Below, piece by piece: positions 33,442-42,376 of a stretch of 64,000 bases of DNA; within the stretch, counting starts at the first letter, position 1; each line of letters starts with the position of its first letter. The notes below the pieces were generated by a model that saw nothing but the letters and a program-made list of their open reading frames with translations, did not search any database and was not told the DNA's origin. Source of the stretch: Lachnospiraceae bacterium (lineage in GTDB: Bacteria; Bacillota; Clostridia; Lachnospirales; Lachnospiraceae); NCBI GenBank assembly GCA_021770245.1, contig JAETRI010000008.1, positions 4,927-68,926 of the forward strand, in the 5' to 3' direction. Position numbers and translations under genes: made by a program.

Positions 33442-34554
33442 ATGGCCGGCAATACCTTCGGAAATTATTTCAAAATCACCACCTGGGGGGAATCCCACGG
33501 GGAAGCGCTCGGCGTCGTCGTGGATGGCGTCCCGGCGGGGCTGGCACTGTGCGAAGAGGCGATCCAGGCCTTTCTGGACCGCAGGAAGCCGGGGCAGAGC
33601 CGCTTCTCCACGCCGCGCAGGGAAAGCGATTCCGTACGGATCCTTTCCGGCGTCTTCGAAGGGAAGTCTACCGGGACTCCCGTTTCCCTGCTCGTGCCAA
33701 ACACGTCCCAGCGTTCCGCGGATTATTCCGAAATCGCCTCTTATTACAGGCCGGGCCATGCCGATTATACCTTTGACGCCAAATACGGCTTCCGGGATTA
33801 TCGCGGGGGCGGACGATCCTCCGGCAGAGAAACCATCGGCCGAGTGGCAGGCGGCGCCGTAGCCAGTCTTTTCCTAAAAGAACTGGGGATCCGCATCCTC
33901 GCCTATACCAAGAGTATCGGCCCCGTCTCCATCGATCCTCAGAATTTCCGGGAGGATGCCATCCTCTCCAATCCGGTCTGCATGCCGGACCCGGATGCGG
34001 CGGCGCGGGCGGAACAATATCTGGAGGAGTGCATGCAGAATCGGGATTCCGCGGGCGGCGTGATCGAATGCCTCGCAGACGGCGTTCCCGCGGGGCTGGG
34101 AGAGCCCGTATTCGATAAGCTGGACGCGCGCCTGGCCCAGGCCGTCATGTCAATCGGCGCCGTCAAGGCGGTGGAAATCGGGGACGGCTGTGCGGCCGGT
34201 TCCTCCAGGGGCTCGGAAAACAACGATCCCTTTTGTATCCGTCACGGCCGGATCGAAAAGAAAAGCAATCACTCCGGCGGCATTTTGGGCGGCATCAGCG
34301 ACGGGAGCCGGATCCTTCTGCGCGCCCATGTGAAGCCTACTCCGTCCATCTTCAGGGAACAGGAAACCGTGAACAGAGACAAAGAAGAAATCACCGTACA
34401 AATCAAGGGCCGACACGATCCCGTTATCGTTCCCCGAGCCGTGGTGGTGGTGGAATCCATGACCGCTCTCGTTTTGGCGGATGCGCTGCTGTCCCATATG
34501 GGATCCCGGATGGATCATATCCTCCGTTTTTATCAAAGAGAAGGAAACGATTAG
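33442..34554 (+). CDS. aroC: chorismate synthase
   Basis: MAGNTFGNYFKITTWGESHGEALGVVVDGVPAGL, RRKPGQSRFSTPRRE, GGGRSSGRET, KGRHDPVIVPRA. Confidence 0.95.
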   Translation: MAGNTFGNYFKITTWGESHGEALGVVVDGVPAGLALCEEAIQAFLDRRKPGQSRFSTPRRESDSVRILSGVFEGKSTGTPVSLLVPNTSQRSADYSEIASYYRPGHADYTFDAKYGFRDYRGGGRSSGRETIGRVAGGAVASLFLKELGIRILAYTKSIGPVSIDPQNFREDAILSNPVCMPDPDAAARAEQYLEECMQNRDSAGGVIECLADGVPAGLGEPVFDKLDARLAQAVMSIGAVKAVEIGDGCAAGSSRGSENNDPFCIRHGRIEKKSNHSGGILGGISDGSRILLRAHVKPTPSIFREQETVNRDKEEITVQIKGRHDPVIVPRAVVVVESMTALVLADALLSHMGSRMDHILRFYQREGND

Positions 34555-34616
34555 AGGAGAACTTTCCCAACCAACGCGACAGGACGGCAGCCTCCTTTCT
34601 GTCTCATGCGTATCAT

Positions 34617-34653
34617 AAAAACATCCGCCGGTTCCTGCCGGCGGATGTTTTTC
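34617..34653 (+). terminator. bidirectional rho-independent terminator
   Basis: aaaa-acatccgccgg-ttcctg-ccggcggatgt-ttttt, between the convergent aroC and lactonase genes. Confidence 0.7.
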
Positions 34654-34765
34654 GATTTGAAAGGCTGCGGCGAAATGACCGGCCCTCACAATACACGGCC
34701 CGGCTCTTGCGAATCCTAAGGCTTCGTATTGTGGTAGTGTCATAAATTGCGGCAGCCCATGCTAT

Positions 34766-35827
34766 TTATTCGGACAGCTTATGGAAAATCACGCAGTTAG
34801 GCTGCGGCACGCGCAGCTCCGGGCCGTTCATAACCAAAAGCCCGTTTTTCATATCCGTGGTAAAGAACGTCAGCGTACCGGAATCCTGGTTCAGAGAAAC
34901 CAGATGACGGTTATCCGGGAACAGGGCCACATCCTTGGGATATTCTCCGCTCACCGGAAGGCAGAGAAGCCTGGTAAGCAGGCCGGTTTCCTGATCCACC
35001 CTGAAAATGGCCGCGCTGTTATCCCCCGCATTGGAACTGCACAAATAGCTGAAATCATCCGAAAAGTTGAGAGCGCTGGCGATACTTCCTGTGGCGTGGT
35101 AATTATTCAGCGTACTGATGGTCTGGATCTTCTCAAAGAAGGGGTTTCCGTCCTTCTGTGTATAGGAATATACATCAATACAGTTCCCCACCTCATGGAC
35201 GATATAGAGATACCGTCCGTCACTGCTGAATTTCAAATGCTCGGGGCCGCTTCCCATATCGCTTCGGATCACATCCACCAGCTTCAGTTTTCCCGTAGTA
35301 TGGTCCAGATAATACACATTGGTATGATCCATTCCCAGATCGGCCACACACAGATAACGGTTATCCCTCGTCATCCTGGCACAACTCACATGCGGGCGGA
35401 CATTCCTCTCCGCTACGATGCCCAGGCCTTTAAAATAAATCTCCTCCGTAATCTCGCCCACGCTGCCGTCCTCATTGGTGCGCAGCACGGTGAGCTTCCC
35501 GTCATGATATCCGGACACAAACAGGAATTTATCCTCGTAATCCGTGGCGACATGACGGCCCCTCATCCCATTGACAGAACCCAGGTTGATGTTTTCCAAG
35601 CCGCCGTCCGGCTTAATCCGATAGGACTCCACCCCGAAGTCGGTGATGGAATAAAGGTATTTCTTGCTATGGGAGATGGAAACATAGGAAGAATTGGTGA
35701 TCTTGATTTTTTCCTTCTCATAAAACCTTCCTTTTTCCATATCTACATCAAAAACCGTAATTCCGAACTCTCCCTGATCGCCGATGGTGTACGTGGAAAC
35801 GTATGCCACATATTTTTCCTGTCCCAT
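34766..35827 (-). CDS. lactonase family protein (7-bladed beta-propeller, Pgl/cycloisomerase-2 type)
   Basis: KYVAYVSTYTIGDQGEFGITVFDVD..., a repeated GxxPRH-like blade pattern (SGPEHLKFSSDGRYLYI), 353 aa. Trimmed to ATG 35827 behind aggaggg. Confidence 0.7.
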   Translation of the reverse strand: MGQEKYVAYVSTYTIGDQGEFGITVFDVDMEKGRFYEKEKIKITNSSYVSISHSKKYLYSITDFGVESYRIKPDGGLENINLGSVNGMRGRHVATDYEDKFLFVSGYHDGKLTVLRTNEDGSVGEITEEIYFKGLGIVAERNVRPHVSCARMTRDNRYLCVADLGMDHTNVYYLDHTTGKLKLVDVIRSDMGSGPEHLKFSSDGRYLYIVHEVGNCIDVYSYTQKDGNPFFEKIQTISTLNNYHATGSIASALNFSDDFSYLCSSNAGDNSAAIFRVDQETGLLTRLLCLPVSGEYPKDVALFPDNRHLVSLNQDSGTLTFFTTDMKNGLLVMNGPELRVPQPNCVIFHKLSE

Positions 35828-35923
35828 TTTCCACCCTCCTGTTTGTGGTCCTGGCGGGAAACCCGCCCTGAATCCTTCCGATTTTTCGTTCCATATGCCC
35901 CGCTGCCGGATGAGCAGGCTCAT

Positions 35924-36029
35924 TCTCCTCGCTAACGCTCATTATATCATGAATCTAAGATTCATGATCGTCATTCGCCGCTCGTCGAACATGCGAGCAT
36001 GCTCTCCTCGCTAACGCTCATTATATCAT
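35924..36029 (-). promoter_or_regulatory. duplicated 27-bp promoter box (two TGaTATAAT extended -10 elements) flanking two palindromes
   Basis: tctcctcgctaacgctcattatatcat occurs at 35924-35950 and 36003-36029. On the minus strand each reads ATGATATAATGAGCGTTAGCGAGGAGA. Between them lie atcatgaatc-taa-gattcatgat and gagcatgctc. Confidence 0.5.
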
Positions 36030-36065
36030 ACCGCCGGAATTTTGTTAATCTTTTTTTAGGAAAGC

Positions 36066-36115
36066 CCCAGGACAGCCCCAGGACAAACGCATGAATAGCT
36101 CTGCGTTTGTCTTGA
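36066..36115. repeat. family B repeat, short form (copy B4)
   Basis: ccccaggacagccccaggacaaacgcatgaatagctctgcgtttgtcttgagg; arms gacaaacgca / tgcgtttgtc. Confidence 0.6.
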
Positions 36116-36129
36116 GGAGAGCGCCGGAC

Positions 36130-37272
36130 TCAGTAGATCCCTCCGACGCCCAGATCGGCATCCAGGGTATTCATATTATAGAGCAGGAGCACGTCCGTTA
36201 TCCCTCGGTTTTCATTGATGAAGGAACTGGGCCCGCCCTTGTAATATCTGGTGTCGAACACATAGACCTTCCGGTAATGATTCACCAGAAAAGGAACCAG
36301 GCAGTTTGCATAGCTGTCCTTGATCACCACCAGCTCCCTGTCCGAGTCTGCCGTCTCGTTGGTGATCTCAATCAAGGGATGGATATTGTTTAAAAACATG
36401 GAATATTTATCTTTTTTGTCCAAATATTCCATATTATATAAGGAATCCGTTACTTCTCCCGTATCCAGGTAGGAAACCGTTAAACGGTTGTCCGGGTTTT
36501 CGAAAATCACGATCTCGTCGCTCCCCATCCGCCCGTCGTTAAGCTTGGAATAGATGGTGCCGCGGAAATCGGAAGTGACCTTTTTTACGGTGAATTTCTC
36601 CCGAGGCAGCGGCGTGATCCCCTTTGCGCCACAGTAAGCCGTATAAGCGGCATAGGCCCCATAGCTCGTCCAATGATGGTCCGTACGGTAATAAAGCTGT
36701 TCCCTGTCCTTTTCTTCCAGCAATACCTCATAACAACTGATGAAGGCCACGCCGGCACCTTCCCGAATCTCCTGCAGGGTTTCCATCTGATCCCCTGCGG
36801 GGGCCAGGGCCGGCAGTTTCTCCCGGTAAACAGTGATCGCAGTGGGCACCAGCATGAGGGAAACATCCGCCCGCTCCACAGCCTCATTGAACTTCCGAAA
36901 CTGGGCCGCCACTTTCTCCGTATTCTTCGGCGTTTCATAGGTTTCGATCAAATAACCGTCTTTTCCGATATATACCCCGTTGATCTGTCTGCATCCAAGG
37001 CCGATTTCCGTCTCCGCCTTCAGTCCCATGAAAAAGTCACGCAGTGGAAAATGATCCGCCAGGTAGCTTTGGAGATCCTCCGTAAACTCTCCCTCCTTCA
37101 ATGCCTTCAGGGAAAAGGCGGGAAACTTCTGCAGATACCTGTTTTCCCCTTCGGAAAAATCCTGCTTTTCCGATACCAAAAACGCAAGGGAAAAGGCCAG
37201 AATCAACCCGGACAGAAGAAGGACTGTGGCGGATTGCAGCCGCTTCCCGGTTAACCTGTATTTTTTTCTCAC
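36130..37272 (-). CDS. DHHW family protein (AlgX/AlgJ-like SGNH accessory of MBOAT acyltransferases)
   Basis: N-terminal TM anchor and the eponymous motif YYRTDHHWTSYGAYAAY. GTG start behind ggaggaag. Confidence 0.8.
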   Translation of the reverse strand: MRKKYRLTGKRLQSATVLLLSGLILAFSLAFLVSEKQDFSEGENRYLQKFPAFSLKALKEGEFTEDLQSYLADHFPLRDFFMGLKAETEIGLGCRQINGVYIGKDGYLIETYETPKNTEKVAAQFRKFNEAVERADVSLMLVPTAITVYREKLPALAPAGDQMETLQEIREGAGVAFISCYEVLLEEKDREQLYYRTDHHWTSYGAYAAYTAYCGAKGITPLPREKFTVKKVTSDFRGTIYSKLNDGRMGSDEIVIFENPDNRLTVSYLDTGEVTDSLYNMEYLDKKDKYSMFLNNIHPLIEITNETADSDRELVVIKDSYANCLVPFLVNHYRKVYVFDTRYYKGGPSSFINENRGITDVLLLYNMNTLDADLGVGGIY

Positions 37273-37285
37273 ATCTTCCTCCTTC

Positions 37286-38701
37286 CTAAAAACGGAAATA
37301 CAAAAACGGATTATAGGTATCGTTCACCAAATAAGCCGTGGTAAGCAGAAAGGCGAGCACATATCCCACCATGCCAAGGGCGTTACAGACGACCCGCCCT
37401 GCGTGAGGCAACCGTTTTCTCTTTTCCTTCAGGAAAGGATACACCGGAAATGCCAGGAGAACGGCTGCTGCCAACAGTACCCCGTAATTTCCCGCATACC
37501 AGAGGAATTCCTGCCCGAAAAGACGGTTTCCTGCCGCACCGAACAGAGCGGCGAGATATCCGCCCAGCTGGCCCATGTCGTCGAACACGAAGATCACAAA
37601 CCCGAATACCACGATCCAAATCGCATAGAAATGGCGGATCGGGGAAGGCAGGCCGGAAAGCTTCTTTCCCCACACATATTTTTCCAAGGCGAGCAGCACC
37701 CCATAGTACAGTCCCCAGAGCACGAAATTCCAGGCGGCTCCATGCCACAGGCCGGTGAGGAACCATACCACGAACATATTCCGCAGATGTTTCGCCACGC
37801 TCACCCGGTTTCCGCCAAGAGGAATGTATACATAATCCCGGAACCAGGTGGACAGGGAAATATGCCACCTGCGCCAGAAGTCCGTCACGGACACCGCATA
37901 CAGGGGATAATTGAAATTCTCCAGGAAATGGAAGCCCAGCATCCTTCCCATGCCGATAGCCATATCGCTGTAGGCGCTGAAATCAAAATAAAGCTGTAGA
38001 GTGAAACAGGCCGCCCCCAGCCATGCGGTGGCCACCGACGCGCTCCCCGGCTCCATAGCTCGGATCGTCTCCCAGAGCGCCCCCACGTTATTGGCGATCA
38101 GCACCTTTTTAAACAGCCCCTGCATGAACCGCAGCGTCCCCTGCACGAATCCCTTCCATCGGATATTCCGATGATGAAGTTCTCTGTTTACCGTTGAAAA
38201 TCGGACGATAGGTCCCGCGATCAGCTGAGGGAACATGGAGACGTAGGTGAGATAGGTGAAATAATTCTTCTCCACCTCCACCTCCCGCCGGTACAGGTCA
38301 ATGCTGTAGCTCATGGTCTGGAAGGTGAAAAAACTGATCCCCACGGGAAGCCCCAGCCCGAGAGGCTGAATGGAGGCCCCGGTTAGCGCATTGAGCGTTT
38401 CCACCACGAAATCCGCATACTTGAAAAAGCCCAGCATGGATAAATTGATCACAACAGACAGGCACAGGAATCCCTTCCTGCGCCTCTCGTTCGTCCCGAA
38501 GCGTTCCATCAGCCTTCCGTTCGTATAATCAACGGCGGACGCAAACAGCATCAGAACAATATAAACCGGCTCGCCCCAGGCATAGAAAACAAGGCTGAAG
38601 GCGAGCAGGATATAATTTTTCGCTTTATATGGTACAGCATAATACAAGATTAAACATAGAGGGAGAAAAAAGAACAAAAAAGGTATACTGCTGAAAACCA
38701 T
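37286..38701 (-). CDS. MBOAT family O-acyltransferase (AlgI/DltB-like)
   Basis: 471 aa, polytopic; FWRRWHISLSTWFRDYVYIPLGGNR and the conserved-His region LWHGAAWNFVLWG. Confidence 0.9.
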   Translation of the reverse strand: MVFSSIPFLFFFLPLCLILYYAVPYKAKNYILLAFSLVFYAWGEPVYIVLMLFASAVDYTNGRLMERFGTNERRRKGFLCLSVVINLSMLGFFKYADFVVETLNALTGASIQPLGLGLPVGISFFTFQTMSYSIDLYRREVEVEKNYFTYLTYVSMFPQLIAGPIVRFSTVNRELHHRNIRWKGFVQGTLRFMQGLFKKVLIANNVGALWETIRAMEPGSASVATAWLGAACFTLQLYFDFSAYSDMAIGMGRMLGFHFLENFNYPLYAVSVTDFWRRWHISLSTWFRDYVYIPLGGNRVSVAKHLRNMFVVWFLTGLWHGAAWNFVLWGLYYGVLLALEKYVWGKKLSGLPSPIRHFYAIWIVVFGFVIFVFDDMGQLGGYLAALFGAAGNRLFGQEFLWYAGNYGVLLAAAVLLAFPVYPFLKEKRKRLPHAGRVVCNALGMVGYVLAFLLTTAYLVNDTYNPFLYFRF

Positions 38702-38714
38702 CGCTTCCTCCAGG

Positions 38715-39380
38715 TTACTTCAGAGACGACTCGATCACCGATTCAATGTCATCCGCGTTTTCCGATATCACAAGATAGACATACAGTCCCTGGGTCTTTA
38801 CGCTGCTGCGGGAAACGATCTCGTACTGCTCCGGAATATAGTCCTCCATCTCCGCCGCTTTCTGGGCGAGCACCGTATTTAGGCATTCCTCTATACCGGC
38901 CACCGCGTCCTCGCTCTTTACCTTCATGACGATGACGGAATCCGCCAGAGTGGCGTCTTCTGCGCTGGCAAATACATAGCCGTCGAGGACTTCCGGGTCG
39001 ATCCCATAATAATTGGAGATGAAGTCGTCATCCCCCTCCATCATGGAAGGAAGCTCCACCGCCTGGCTGACGGCCTCATAGACCGCCTTTGGATCCACGC
39101 CCGCTTCCTGCTGCGACGCGCCTTCCGTTCCTCCCGCCTGGGTATCCTCTCCCTGCGCTTCCGCTTCCCGGGTATCCGTGCCGTTTTCCCCGGACACGCT
39201 TTCCACTCCGCCTGCTTCCCCCGAATCCGCCGTCTCCGCCGAAGCGGTGGCTTCCGTCGTCTCCTTCTGCCCGCCGCAGCCGGCAGCCAACAGGGCCGCT
39301 GCCAAAATGAACGCGCACCACCCTGCCCGCCTGCCGCAGGACAGCCCGCCTATTCCCTCTCGATTCGCCTTATTCCTCAT
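38715..39380 (-). CDS. DUF4358 lipoprotein
   Basis: Lipobox LLAAGCGGQ, acidic linker, then DDDFISNYYGIDPEVLDGYVFASAEDATLADSVIVMKVKSEDAVAGI. Trimmed to ATG 39380. Confidence 0.65.
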   Translation of the reverse strand: MRNKANREGIGGLSCGRRAGWCAFILAAALLAAGCGGQKETTEATASAETADSGEAGGVESVSGENGTDTREAEAQGEDTQAGGTEGASQQEAGVDPKAVYEAVSQAVELPSMMEGDDDFISNYYGIDPEVLDGYVFASAEDATLADSVIVMKVKSEDAVAGIEECLNTVLAQKAAEMEDYIPEQYEIVSRSSVKTQGLYVYLVISENADDIESVIESSLK

Positions 39381-39447
39381 TTGTGCTCCCATCTGCGCGC
39401 CTTAGCGCGCATACCAATCAGGGAGATTGAAAATGTCAATTTTCAAT
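39381..39447 (-). promoter_or_regulatory. single clean copy of the 'hairpin + CUCCCUGAUU + GC hairpin + AGAUGGGAG' leader module
   Basis: Minus strand: gAUUGAAAAUugacAUUUUCAAUCUCCCUGAUUGGUAUGCGCGCuaagGCGCGCAGAUGGGAGCACAAAUG. The first hairpin contains the stop of the SGNH gene, and GGGAG is the SD of the DUF4358 gene. Confidence 0.6.
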
Positions 39448-40404
39448 CTTTTCATCCTCTCCCTGCATTCCTTCCGTTTCTGCTTCGTTAGACTCTGCCG
39501 TCCCGTCGGCCTGCGTATCCTCCAGGGTTTCCGCCGGTTCCTCCTCCGGAACCGGATATCCGATCTTCTCTCCCACATATTTACGCAGCACGTCGGTCCA
39601 TATCTCGTAGGCCGCCGCTGTCTGATGGACGAATCCGTCGCTGCAATACTCTGCGGCCAGATTTCCTTCGCTGTCTGCCAGGGGCGTCGCCATATCGATG
39701 AATCCCCATCCGTTCGTCTCCGCCAGCGCTTTCATCTCTTCATTAAAAACGCGGATATTATCGTTGTTCAGCCGTTTTTTCCCCTGGCCCTTCAGGGTGT
39801 AGGTCATGCTGATGATATGGATATCCACATCCGGATTCAGTTCCCGGATATGGCCGATCACCTCCTGATAGCATTTACAGGTATCATCGTCCACCCCCAG
39901 GTCATTCATACCGAAAAACAGGAACACGCTTTTGGCCCCCATCATGGAAATGGATTCCCAAACCGGCTGCTGCTTCCCCTTATACAGAGGATGGACGCTC
40001 TTTTCACTCACCGGCCAAAGGGCATTGTGCACGGAAAAACTTCCCGCCGCAAGAAACCGCATGGATTTCAGCGATGCGTCCGCGCTCTTCATACAGTAAT
40101 TCCGGTATCCCAGGACGATGGAATCTCCCACGATCACGCTGTCCGCGAAATAGGCGTCTATTTTCAGGTCTGCCACCGTACGCCCCGTGGCCGCCGCTTC
40201 CTCCTCCAGCCTGCGTTCCTCCTCTTCCAGCCGCTTTTCCTCGGCCATCTGCGCGATCCCGGGCACGTTCACCACGGCCGGCTCCGACTCCCGAAGCTGC
40301 GCGGAACCATTCCTGCGGCCCTCCGTCGCCCCGGGACTGCCCGCTCCCATCAATATGGCCATGCAGAGTCCGGCAGCCAGGATCATGGAACTCTTTTTTC
40401 TCAT
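39436..40404 (-). CDS. SGNH/GDSL hydrolase family protein (secreted)
   Basis: Signal peptide, block I VIVGDSIVLG, block III FFGMNDLG, block V DGFVHQT. Acidic C-terminal tail. Confidence 0.75.
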   Translation of the reverse strand: MRKKSSMILAAGLCMAILMGAGSPGATEGRRNGSAQLRESEPAVVNVPGIAQMAEEKRLEEEERRLEEEAAATGRTVADLKIDAYFADSVIVGDSIVLGYRNYCMKSADASLKSMRFLAAGSFSVHNALWPVSEKSVHPLYKGKQQPVWESISMMGAKSVFLFFGMNDLGVDDDTCKCYQEVIGHIRELNPDVDIHIISMTYTLKGQGKKRLNNDNIRVFNEEMKALAETNGWGFIDMATPLADSEGNLAAEYCSDGFVHQTAAAYEIWTDVLRKYVGEKIGYPVPEEEPAETLEDTQADGTAESNEAETEGMQGEDEKIEN

Positions 40405-40488
40405 AAGCGATTGTCCCCGCTTTCTTCTATAAAATACAATGAAAAAACCGGACGGTTCATACCATCCAGGCGCATTTAACCATCTATG

Positions 40489-40517
40489 ATTATATACAAT
40501 TTATTTGGAATTGACAA
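40489..40517 (-). promoter_or_regulatory. sigma-A promoter of the SGNH-DUF4358-MBOAT-DHHW operon
   Basis: Minus strand reads TTGTCA-17 nt-TATAAT. The leader contains GGAUGG-uaugaa-CCGUCC followed by GGUUUUUU. Confidence 0.55.
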
Positions 40518-40552
40518 TACACTTATCGAATTTTGTCTAAACGCGCGCAGCC

Positions 40553-40640
40553 CCTCAGCCGCCCACAGATTCCCGGATACCGAACGCACAGAAAGGCTCC
40601 TGTCGGAAGCCTGCGGGCGGCCGGGCTGTCACAATCAAAG
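40553..40640. repeat. family B repeat (copy B9)
   Basis: cccggataccgaacgcacagaaaggctcctgtcggaagcctgcgggcggc parallels cccggacgctgggacgcacaggaaaggatcacgtcggaagcccgccgc of B1. Confidence 0.5.
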
Positions 40641-40647
40641 AGGATGA

Positions 40648-40715
40648 GAGCCGGACGAAGACAGGCGCCCCGGCCGAAATATCCGCCGGCCGGGGCGCCT
40701 GTTTTCGTCCGGCTC
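40648..40715 (-). terminator. 28-bp-stem hairpin immediately after the glycosidase stop (terminator/stabiliser candidate)
   Basis: gagccggacgaagacaggcgccccggcc ... ggccggggcgcctgttttcgtccggctc, with one G-U. Only a weak U tract follows on the minus strand. Confidence 0.45.
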
Positions 40716-40717
40716 CC

Positions 40718-42247
40718 TTAAGAAACCGGATTGATCCTGTAATTTTCCATCGGGAACACATCCAGCCGGATCCCGGTGGGCTCCGTCACGTAGAAGGTAG
40801 CCGGCAGCCCCTCCCCCTCTCCCACGGCCTCCCCGTGGAGCACGCCCTTACACATCGTAAAGAAACTGACATACGGGTCGTTATACTTGCAGCGCAGGCA
40901 GATGAAATCCTCCTCGGACAGCGTTCCCCTCCTGCTCTTTTTCTGAAACTCCTCCCAGGAGGAAAGGCCGATCAGCAGATAGAGTTCCTTTTCACCCTCT
41001 CCTCCCAGAAGCAGGATCTCTTCGTTTTCGTCGTGCATGCCGAAGGCGTCAAAGGCCGTCCGGTTGATCCCGGCGTAAAGGAGTTTATGCCTTCCGGACC
41101 CTTCGCTGCTTTGATAGAGATCCTTTCCTATCCCGCACCCACGCTCCACCTCAAACCGGTGATGCGACGGGCAGAGGCGGATAATCAATCCCTTTTTTTC
41201 CAGAAATTCCATGCATTCGGCCGTCATCTCCCGCACCGGAATGTCCAGCCGCCTTTCGTCGGTCGCCGTAAGAGAAGAAAGGAGCTCCACCTCCTGTTTT
41301 CTGTAGGGTGTATAGTCCTTTCTCAGGACATCATGCTGCCAGTCCAGATTTTTCCCCTCCCCGAGGTTTTCTTCCCTGTTCCAGCTCAGATATGTCTGGG
41401 TTCTCCCCTCCACCAGGCCCCAGTTAAACAGGCCGATCCGTTTCTTCTTATAATAAGGCAGATGCGTTTCCCACCGATTGTTCGCATTCCTGTGGAGCCA
41501 CTCCGTGCATAAAAGGGGCCTGTTATATTCCTCCAGCCGTTCCACCCTTTCCACGGTCGTCTCCAACCCACAGTAATCATGGTAGGATACCAAATCGGAC
41601 AGCTTCGCGCATTCCAAATCGAATTCCCGGAACTTCCACACCCCTGCGGTCATAGGCTGGGCAGGCTCACAGCTTCTCGCCCACTGAAAGGCGCTTTGCA
41701 GCAGTTTTTGGCACTTCTCATTCCTTTCACTGTTGCCCGGCTCGTTATAGAGATCCCAAAAAAGGACCCGCTCGTCCGCTCCGTAGCGGGTAACGAATTC
41801 CGTCACATAACGTTCCAGCAGTGGATATTCCTCCTCCCGGTCCGCCGTCTCCAGGCCGGGGCTGGGCGTCCATCCGCTGTTATGTATCCCTTTTACCGGT
41901 TCGTCCTGTTTCCCGAGATAGGGCTCCCTTTTCCCGGAGAACGCGCAGTCGTCGAACAAAATCGGCACGGTCCTGATGCCGTGTCCATAGGCGACTTCCA
42001 GGAAGCGTTCGAAATGTTCAAACAGCTGTTCCCTTTCTTCTTTCCACAGCAGGTATTGGATAAAAACCCTGCACGAATTGTATCCGATCTTTGCCGCAAC
42101 AGACAGCTCCCTTTCTATCTGCCCGTCGTCAAAAGACCCGCCCTGCCACATTTCCGTAGAGTTCACGGCATAGGACGGCAGATAATTGAAGCCCACAATC
42201 CACGGCTGTTTCCGGTACCACTCCCAAATCCTGTCCTCTGTCCACAT
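40718..42247 (-). CDS. clan GH-A (GH5-like TIM barrel) glycoside hydrolase with a ~170-aa C-terminal extension
   Basis: VGFNYLPSYAVNSTEMW, acid/base WDLYNEPGN, nucleophile region LLCTEWLHR. The C-terminal part (from about residue 340) has no motif I recognise. Confidence 0.65.
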   Translation of the reverse strand: MWTEDRIWEWYRKQPWIVGFNYLPSYAVNSTEMWQGGSFDDGQIERELSVAAKIGYNSCRVFIQYLLWKEEREQLFEHFERFLEVAYGHGIRTVPILFDDCAFSGKREPYLGKQDEPVKGIHNSGWTPSPGLETADREEEYPLLERYVTEFVTRYGADERVLFWDLYNEPGNSERNEKCQKLLQSAFQWARSCEPAQPMTAGVWKFREFDLECAKLSDLVSYHDYCGLETTVERVERLEEYNRPLLCTEWLHRNANNRWETHLPYYKKKRIGLFNWGLVEGRTQTYLSWNREENLGEGKNLDWQHDVLRKDYTPYRKQEVELLSSLTATDERRLDIPVREMTAECMEFLEKKGLIIRLCPSHHRFEVERGCGIGKDLYQSSEGSGRHKLLYAGINRTAFDAFGMHDENEEILLLGGEGEKELYLLIGLSSWEEFQKKSRRGTLSEEDFICLRCKYNDPYVSFFTMCKGVLHGEAVGEGEGLPATFYVTEPTGIRLDVFPMENYRINPVS

Positions 42248-42376
42248 ATATTTTTGCCTCCTGTTTTCTTTTCCAGAGCGTATTGCGATTCCTTCCCCCG
42301 GTTTTCCGCTCTCCCCCTTTTTATATCCGGACGGAACGCCTCCCGCCCTCCGTCCGAAACGCGCAGCCGATTCGTC

